Source of the DNA: Candidatus Buchananbacteria bacterium
Lineage (GTDB): Bacteria > Patescibacteriota > Patescibacteriia > Buchananbacterales > UBA6539
Direction of reading: 5' to 3'
DNA length: 64,000 nt
Assembly (NCBI GenBank): GCA_041664165.1
Contig: JBAYLH010000003.1
Location: forward strand, 3,247 to 67,246
Shown: positions 57,784 to 64,000 of the stretch, one piece after another
How positions within the stretch are numbered: position 1 is the first letter of the stretch
How the letters are laid out: each line of letters starts with the position of its first letter
Made by a program: the position numbers and the translations under genes
The notes under the pieces: generated by a model
Database searches by the model: none
What the model saw: only the letters and a program-made list of their open reading frames with translations
What the model was told of the DNA's origin: nothing

Positions 57784-58743
57784 TTAAAGCCCTAAATTAG
57801 TTAATCTTTCCCGCCAGGCAACCCGGTACTCAAGCCGTTTATCGTTTTCATGAAATTTCAGCATTGAATCATTAATGACAATTTTAGTGTCAGTTTGGCC
57901 GGCGGAAAAATTATGCTTTTTTTGCATTTTTTTAAGCTGGAAAAACCGGGTCAAGCTTTCCAAATAATTTCCGATAAAACCAAAAAGCAAAGTTTCGTCT
58001 AAGGCTTTGAAAAATTTAACCGCAGGACTGTCAAAAACCCGGCGGCGGCAGCTGAGATTGGTTTGGAAAAAATTCGGCAGATATTTTCTCAGCCAGCTGT
58101 TGGCGATAAAAAATCGGTGATAATCGCCATTATCGTAAATCGGCGCTAGAATTGCCAGCCAATAAATTAAGTAGGGATCTTCAGGCTTTAAGGCGATGTC
58201 GGCCAAATTCAAATGATTGTCGGCAATGTAAAAACTTAAGCAGACCCGGTTGGCAATTTTTTTGGCGTGGCGGCGAATTCCCAAAACGGAAACCAATAAG
58301 GTAATAATCAACCGGCTATACCAAAGCCGGCCTTTTTTAATCACGATAAAAAAATCAATATCGCTGTCTTTGGCGGCATTATTATAGCCGGCGTTGTTAC
58401 AGACGGCGATAAACCGGATAAAGCCCAGCCAGCGCAGCCACCAAACCGTTTTTAAGGCAATTTTAAATTTCTTTTCGGCAAAATGGTAGCGGCTCAGCCG
58501 GCTGGTAATTATCGCCTCCCGGCCGGTTAAATAATAAAAGCCATTTTTGTATTCAATCGCTCCCTTTAAATTATCGCCGGCCAAAGCCGAAAAAACATCA
58601 AAAAGCTGGTACGGCTTTTGCGGCTGGTAAAGCCACTTATAAATTTCCACCGCTGTCAAAGGATAATTAAAAATGTCAAAAAAAGCCAAAACGGAAAGCA
58701 TGGCCTTTTCCAAGTCATCGAATTGTTGGCCTTGGCTATTCAT
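57784..58743 (-). CDS. predicted nucleotidyltransferase-fold protein
   Basis: 319 aa. GYNNAAKDSDIDFFIV fits the Pol-beta-type NTase G[SN]...DhD motif. Confidence 0.4.
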   Translation of the reverse strand: MNSQGQQFDDLEKAMLSVLAFFDIFNYPLTAVEIYKWLYQPQKPYQLFDVFSALAGDNLKGAIEYKNGFYYLTGREAIITSRLSRYHFAEKKFKIALKTVWWLRWLGFIRFIAVCNNAGYNNAAKDSDIDFFIVIKKGRLWYSRLIITLLVSVLGIRRHAKKIANRVCLSFYIADNHLNLADIALKPEDPYLIYWLAILAPIYDNGDYHRFFIANSWLRKYLPNFFQTNLSCRRRVFDSPAVKFFKALDETLLFGFIGNYLESLTRFFQLKKMQKKHNFSAGQTDTKIVINDSMLKFHENDKRLEYRVAWRERLTNLGL

Positions 58744-59788
58744 CGTGTTTAGGCTTATCCAGCCTCATTGGTTCAATCGTACTTTCACCGCCGGCGATTT
58801 TGACGACGTCTTTGTCAATCTTTTTCAATTCAGCGGCCGCGGTATTATATGAATTAACCGTAGTGCCTAAATTATTGCCGATTTTTTTGAAATAATCATC
58901 ATAAGCCGCAAGGTGTTTTTGCAGCATCTCAACGCGCTTGATAATTTCCTTAGTCTGATCTTCAATCTTCAAGGCTCGGAGTCCCTGTAATACTGTCTGC
59001 AGATAAGCGGCAAAAGTCGTCGGCGAAACAATAATCACCCGTTTTTCCCGGAAAGCATAATCCATCAAATTCCTAGTATTAACTTTGACCGCGCCGACTT
59101 CGTTAACCAATAAATCATAATAAATCGCCTCGGCCGGAATAAACATAAAAGCGAAGTCCATCGTACCTTTGCTCGGCTTGATATATTTTGCAGTTTCATC
59201 AATTCTTTTTTTCAAGTCGTTTTTAAATTCTTTTTCATACATTTCCCGTTTTTCGGCATTGGTTTCAGCCGCCACCCGGTTATAATTTTCCAAAGAGAAC
59301 TTGGCATCGACTGGAATAATTCCGTCTTTGGTAATAATGGCGGCATCCACTTTGTCGCCATCGTCGAACTGATACTGCAGTTTAAAAGCCGTCGGTGGCA
59401 GGATATTTTCCAAAACTAATTTTAAACTGGCTTCGCCTAAATTTCCTCTCTGCTTCTGCGAGGTCAAAACTTTTTCCAAATTCTTGAGCTGCTCGGAAAA
59501 TCCCATGACTTGCTTGTTGGTTTCGTGAAGCTCAGTCACCTTTTCGGTTACTCCCCGAATGACGCTCATACTCTGGGAAAATTGGGTCTGCATTTGCTGC
59601 GTTGATTGGCCCAGTTTAGCATCCAAGGTCTTATTAACCTCATTAATCTGATTTTGCAGCATTAAAAACGACTGATCCCCTTTTTGGCTTTTGGCAATCT
59701 CGCTGATTTTTTTGTTAAAAAGATAAGCCATCACCAAAAAACCGGCAGCGACTAAGGCTAAAATTGATATTAGAAGGTAAGTAATCAT
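58736..59788 (-). CDS. rmuC: DNA recombination protein RmuC
   Basis: 350 aa. An N-terminal TM helix and coiled coil. QKQRGNLGEASLKLVLENILP is the RmuC signature. Confidence 0.8.
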   Translation of the reverse strand: MITYLLISILALVAAGFLVMAYLFNKKISEIAKSQKGDQSFLMLQNQINEVNKTLDAKLGQSTQQMQTQFSQSMSVIRGVTEKVTELHETNKQVMGFSEQLKNLEKVLTSQKQRGNLGEASLKLVLENILPPTAFKLQYQFDDGDKVDAAIITKDGIIPVDAKFSLENYNRVAAETNAEKREMYEKEFKNDLKKRIDETAKYIKPSKGTMDFAFMFIPAEAIYYDLLVNEVGAVKVNTRNLMDYAFREKRVIIVSPTTFAAYLQTVLQGLRALKIEDQTKEIIKRVEMLQKHLAAYDDYFKKIGNNLGTTVNSYNTAAAELKKIDKDVVKIAGGESTIEPMRLDKPKHDE

Positions 59789-59875
59789 AATATTAATTTA
59801 GCATAATTTTCAACTTAAATCAATTGACACTCGGGGTGTTTATGTGGTATTTATATAGATATATTTCTAATTTTT

Positions 59876-61207
59876 TTGCAAAAAAATATTAGGGTTAAAT
59901 TGAAAAATTTTCTCATCAAAGCACTGGCGATTACTTTAAAAGGCTTGGCTTACCTTAAAGACAAACTCCCCTTTTTGGCTAGGCTGCTAAGCAAGCCCTT
60001 GGAAAAAATCGGCCGGCTTTTTTTGTTTTTTTTAATTCTGCCAATTTACAAAATTTATCTGACGAGCAAAAAACTAGCCAATAAATTCTATGCTCCGCAT
60101 AAAATCAGAAACCGGATTTTGCATCCTTTTTCCCGCCGCTATCTCACCCACCTCATCATCATCGTCATTTCAATTTTTACTATCGCTTCCAATTTGAATG
60201 CTTATGAAACCAGGTTGGATGAGCTCAATCAAACCAGCGTTATTGCCAGTTTAAACACCGAGGAAGACTTGGGGGCGATTGTCGAGGAAGGGCCGATCAG
60301 CATTAGCAACAAAGTTACCCACTACCTGGGTCAAACCAGCGTTGCCGTCAAACAACAGCTGGGCGAAGGCGATTTTACCCAGGAAACGATTACGCCGACT
60401 GTTTCCGGCGGCAGTGCCATTGTCCGGCCGATTCTTTCGCCGGCCGAAGAAAATTTGCGCCAGCGGGATAAAATCGTCTATTACACAATTCAAATCGGCG
60501 ATACGATTTCTGATGTTGCGGAAAAATTCGGCATTTCCGTCAGTACTATTTTATGGGAAAATAACCTGACCGCTTACAGCCTGATCCGGCCCGGGGACAA
60601 ACTGACAATTCTGCCGACTTCCGGCATCAAATACAAAGTTGTCAAGGGAGACACGATTGCCAAAATTGCCAAAAAATACGATGTTGAACCGGGAAAAATT
60701 GTTGAATTTAATAAATTAGCTTCGGAACAGGATATTGCCGTCGGCGAAGAACTTCTAATCCCCGGCGCCAAAAAGATTTCTACCGCGCCAACCTATACTG
60801 TCCGCAGTCTGGCTCAAACCGCCCCGGCCGCCAGAGTTGCTTCTTCGGGAAAAATGAACTGGCCAAACAGCTGCCGGCGAGTCACTCAGTACTTTACCTG
60901 GCGGCATTCCGGCGTTGATATTGCCTGCCCCTTCGGCTCAACAATTTATGCCGCGGCGGCCGGCGTAGTGATCAAAGCTCAGGGCGGCTGGAATGGCGGC
61001 TATGGTAATTACATTATTATTAACCACGGCGGCACTCAAACTTTATACGGCCATCTCAGTCGAATTTTTGTTGAAGTCGGCCAAGTCGTCAATCAAGGCA
61101 CCGCCATTGGCGCCGAAGGCTCAAGTGGCCGATCTACCGGGCCGCACCTGCATTTTGAGGTCAGATCCGGCGGTGTTAGGCGCAATCCGTTTAGTTATGT
61201 CCGATAA
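59876..61207 (+). CDS. LysM-domain M23 family metallopeptidase
   Basis: 443 aa with two LysM repeats (YTIQIGDTISDVAEKFGISVSTI; YKVVKGDTIAKIAKKYDVEPGKI). The C-terminal M23 domain has HSGVDIACP...GNYIIINHG...HLHFEV. A terminator hairpin follows. Confidence 0.85.
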   Translation: MQKNIRVKLKNFLIKALAITLKGLAYLKDKLPFLARLLSKPLEKIGRLFLFFLILPIYKIYLTSKKLANKFYAPHKIRNRILHPFSRRYLTHLIIIVISIFTIASNLNAYETRLDELNQTSVIASLNTEEDLGAIVEEGPISISNKVTHYLGQTSVAVKQQLGEGDFTQETITPTVSGGSAIVRPILSPAEENLRQRDKIVYYTIQIGDTISDVAEKFGISVSTILWENNLTAYSLIRPGDKLTILPTSGIKYKVVKGDTIAKIAKKYDVEPGKIVEFNKLASEQDIAVGEELLIPGAKKISTAPTYTVRSLAQTAPAARVASSGKMNWPNSCRRVTQYFTWRHSGVDIACPFGSTIYAAAAGVVIKAQGGWNGGYGNYIIINHGGTQTLYGHLSRIFVEVGQVVNQGTAIGAEGSSGRSTGPHLHFEVRSGGVRRNPFSYVR

Positions 61208-61286
61208 AAAGCACTGATTTTAGTTTTAATTCAATCCACAAAACCGGCCGCCGGGAGGCGGCCGGTTTTATAATTAAGCGAGCGGC

Positions 61287-61487
61287 CTAGACTTTTTGGC
61301 CTTTCTTGAGCGTGGACAAAAGAACGTGGTAGAGCGGCTGTTTTTTCTTTTCCTCTTCGCTCCAATTTTTGTTCTTGAAAACCACGACTCGCTGGTCATT
61401 AATAATGCCAGTCAGAACCGGACCGCGTTCGCTTTTAGGCTGATTGGCCCAAAGCGCGCCAAGTTTGGTTGAACTTTGCTGTTCCAT
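61287..61487 (-). CDS. small hypothetical protein
   Basis: 66-aa ORF with no family. Its coding status is uncertain. Confidence 0.25.
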   Translation of the reverse strand: MEQQSSTKLGALWANQPKSERGPVLTGIINDQRVVVFKNKNWSEEEKKKQPLYHVLLSTLKKGQKV

Positions 61488-61838
61488 ATATTTAAATTAA
61501 GAATAAGCGATGTTATTAATTCGCCGGCTCGGCAAAACGCCTCACCCCGAAAAAAGGTTGGTCAAAAGCGACCCTAAAGTCACCGTATTTTGCTAATTTG
61601 ACAACAAAAAACGCCCAAAAAAAGGCGCTATGTTGATCCCGTTGTTCGCTAACGACCGGGAATTTTGATTAGTTTTTTTACTTCTTTTTCCAGCTTAGCA
61701 AAACAGGATAAAGCTGTCAAATCGCGATTAAGGATGAACGCAAATCTAAAAAGTTACTTCGCCAATGCTTCATTGCGAGGATCCCAACCAAAAAAATGAA
61801 CATCAGAAGACAAAGCAATCCCTAAAACTACGAGGGTG

Positions 61839-62219
61839 TTATTTATTTTTTTGCCGATCCAAAACTTCTCTGATCTTAGCCACCACGCTGTTGATCGCAA
61901 TATTGGATTTAACCAAATAATCCTCGGCACCAAGCTCTTTGCCTTTTTTAATGTCGTCTTCCTGGCCTAAATTAGAAAGAATAATTACTGGAATGCTTTT
62001 GGTCTCGCTATTTTGTTTTAATTCAGCCAAAGCTTCGAAGCCGTCAATTTTTGGCATCACTAAATCTAATAAAATTATATCGGGTTTTTCCGATTTGGCT
62101 TTAGCAATCGCTTCTTCACCATTTGCCACTAAAATCGGCTCAAAGCCTTCTTTTTTCAATTTAACTTCATAGGCTTTGCTTAAGAACCGGTCGTCTTCGG
62201 CCACTAAAACTTTGATCAT
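61839..62219 (-). CDS. single-domain response regulator (receiver, CheY-like) 3
   Basis: 126 aa. ...VLVAEDD...DIILLDLVMP...SNL...K matches the receiver-domain acid pocket, phospho-Asp and conserved Lys. Confidence 0.8.
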   Translation of the reverse strand: MIKVLVAEDDRFLSKAYEVKLKKEGFEPILVANGEEAIAKAKSEKPDIILLDLVMPKIDGFEALAELKQNSETKSIPVIILSNLGQEDDIKKGKELGAEDYLVKSNIAINSVVAKIREVLDRQKNK

Positions 62220-62238
62220 ATATTATTTGATTAAATTA

Positions 62239-62619
62239 TTATTCCGCTAAAACTTTATTAATTTTTTCGGCCACTTCCTCCAAAGAATAATTGGTTTTGA
62301 TTAAATAATCATGGCTGCCTGACCGCAGAGCTTCGCTGAGCTTTTCATCGCTGGATAAATTAGAAAGAATAATCACCGGCACGTCAGAAGTTTTTCGCAA
62401 TTCTTTGAGCATCGTCAAACCATCCATTACTGGCATGATAATATCAAGCAAAATCAAATCGGGATTCTCCGACCTTGCCTGCCTTAGACCTTCTTCTCCA
62501 TTAGCGGCCGTCACAACTTCAAAACCGAGCTTAACTAATTTTGTTTCAATTGCCTTCACCAGCGTCGGCTCATCTTCGACAACGAGAATTTTTTTGGCTT
62601 TTTTCATATTGTTAGCCAT
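62239..62619 (-). CDS. single-domain response regulator (receiver) 2
   Basis: 126 aa. ILVVEDEP...DLILLDIIMP...ILSNL...K. Confidence 0.8.
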   Translation of the reverse strand: MANNMKKAKKILVVEDEPTLVKAIETKLVKLGFEVVTAANGEEGLRQARSENPDLILLDIIMPVMDGLTMLKELRKTSDVPVIILSNLSSDEKLSEALRSGSHDYLIKTNYSLEEVAEKINKVLAE

Positions 62620-62634
62620 TAAAAAAATTAATAT

Positions 62635-63027
62635 TTATTCACCTTTTTTTAAAAATTCTGCAATATCACCGATAATTTGTTCCAAGCGATAGTCAGCTTT
62701 AGTGTAATATTTACTAGCTCCTAGCTGCAAATAGCTTTTAACCTTATCGGGGCTGGCAGTATTAGAAACCACAAAGATTGGAATATTTTTCCAGGCCGAA
62801 CCGTCCATTTTCATTTTAGCCACCAAATCTAAACCATTTTCTCTACCTAACAAATAATGATCCAACCAAATCACATCAATTTTCACCTGATCTTCAAGGT
62901 AATTTATGGCCTGTTCAACCGACCGGGCCGTTACGGCTTCAAAACCCATCTTTTCTAATTTAATCTTAATTGCTTCCTGCAGCGGCAATTCGTCTTCAAC
63001 TATTAAAATAGTGTATTTTTTTGTCAT
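62635..63027 (-). CDS. single-domain response regulator (receiver) 1
   Basis: 130 aa. ILIVEDELP...DVIWLDHYL...VVSN...K. Confidence 0.75.
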   Translation of the reverse strand: MTKKYTILIVEDELPLQEAIKIKLEKMGFEAVTARSVEQAINYLEDQVKIDVIWLDHYLLGRENGLDLVAKMKMDGSAWKNIPIFVVSNTASPDKVKSYLQLGASKYYTKADYRLEQIIGDIAEFLKKGE

Positions 63028-63054
63028 AAATTATGATACTTATTCATTAGTTAC

Positions 63055-64000
63055 CTAACCTAAAGACTTAGTCCCCTCTTTTTTCTGCATCCCGCTTAAA
63101 GGTAAGGTAACATAAAAAGTCGTGCCTTTACCTTCTTGCGACTCAAACCAAATTTTACCACCGGAATGATCAATAATCATTTTAACAATGTAAAGTCCGA
63201 GACCGGTTCCTTCGGTTTCCTTTTCTCTAACATTATCAGCCCTAAATAGTTTTGTAAATATCTTGTCCTGCTGAGCTTTTGGTATGCCATAACCGGTATC
63301 AGCGACTTTAAAGGTAAAATTATTTTTATCCTTAGAGATGACAAACCCCAACTGGCCTTTTTCCGGCGTATATTTAACCGCATTGGATAATAAATTTTGA
63401 AAAACAATAGTTAACAATTTTTTATCAACTGACAATTTGGGTAAACCCTTAGCAAAATCCTTAACTAATTTTAATTTCTTTTGTTCTATCGATGGGATTA
63501 ATTCTTTGATGATACTGTCGGCTAATTCCGTAACATCGGCTAATTCCGGCTCAATCATAAAAGTGCCCAGTTCCAGGCGCGAAACATTAAGCAAGGCATT
63601 GACTAAATCAACCATCCGCTTATTACTGGCATAAACCTGATCCAAATATTGCTTTTGTTCAGGCAAAAGTTTGCCCGCATCGCCGGCTAAAAGCATTTCC
63701 GTGTACCAATTAATCGCCGAAAGTGGCGTCCGCAATTGATGGCTGGCTAAAGAAACAAATTCAGTTTTTACCTTATCAATTTCTTTTTCTTTGGTAATGT
63801 CCAAAGCAATGCTGGAAGCACCAATAATTTTACCGCTCGCATCAGTAATCGGCGAAATAGAGACTGAAACATCAACCGAGCTGCCATCTTTCTTTAATCT
63901 AGTGGTTTGAAGATGCCCGACATTTTCTCCTTTAACTATTTTTTTCAAGATATTATTGAATTCATTTTGACGGTCTGGCGGCAGAATTATTTTTATCGAT
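63055..64000 (-). CDS. sensor histidine kinase (PAS + HisKA + HATPase_c), 5' end beyond window
   Basis: The H-box is SHQLRTPLSAINWYTEML. N, G1 and G2 boxes are present (...GTGLGLYIVKMIIDHSGGKIWFESQEGKGTTF). The reading frame stays open upstream through coordinate 64000, so the reported TTG start at 63948 is probably internal. Confidence 0.8.
   Translation of the reverse strand, partial: SIKIILPPDRQNEFNNILKKIVKGENVGHLQTTRLKKDGSSVDVSVSISPITDASGKIIGASSIALDITKEKEIDKVKTEFVSLASHQLRTPLSAINWYTEMLLAGDAGKLLPEQKQYLDQVYASNKRMVDLVNALLNVSRLELGTFMIEPELADVTELADSIIKELIPSIEQKKLKLVKDFAKGLPKLSVDKKLLTIVFQNLLSNAVKYTPEKGQLGFVISKDKNNFTFKVADTGYGIPKAQQDKIFTKLFRADNVREKETEGTGLGLYIVKMIIDHSGGKIWFESQEGKGTTFYVTLPLSGMQKKEGTKSLG

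Overview
The 64 kb window is gene-dense and reads like a small-genome, CPR/Patescibacteria-like bacterium, which is an inference from gene content and mixed but mostly low GC. Housekeeping genes I can support: glyQS (alpha2-type GlyRS), an M16 peptidase, smpB plus a probable tmRNA, the infC-rpmI-rplT operon, tRNA-Asp, groES-groEL with a CIRCE operator, pyk, ppsA, lgt, rmuC, a LysM-M23 peptidase, mntH, a CDF transporter and an AI-2E transporter. Accessory content:
- An AT-rich type III restriction-modification (R-M) island sits next to tRNA-Asp. Its Res gene is one reading frame broken by a single in-frame TAA, and the island is bounded by degenerate tRNA-Asp fragments.
- A surface-protein cluster is led by a 1199-aa Cys-rich repeat protein.
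- An ice-binding-like DUF3494 protein lies with a PAS protein, an ECF sigma factor and small stress membrane proteins.
- A lipoprotein carries a C-terminal Hint/BIL domain.
- A compositionally distinct GC-rich block (~40.6-46.5 kb) holds an SPFH-domain three-gene operon, a FabZ-like dehydratase, and a family of G-rich palindromic repeats, one inserted in frame inside lgt.
- A sensor histidine kinase is followed by three tandem single-domain response regulators.
- Several intergenic repeat and inverted-repeat families recur across the window.
All functional calls come from motif recognition by eye. No database search was possible.
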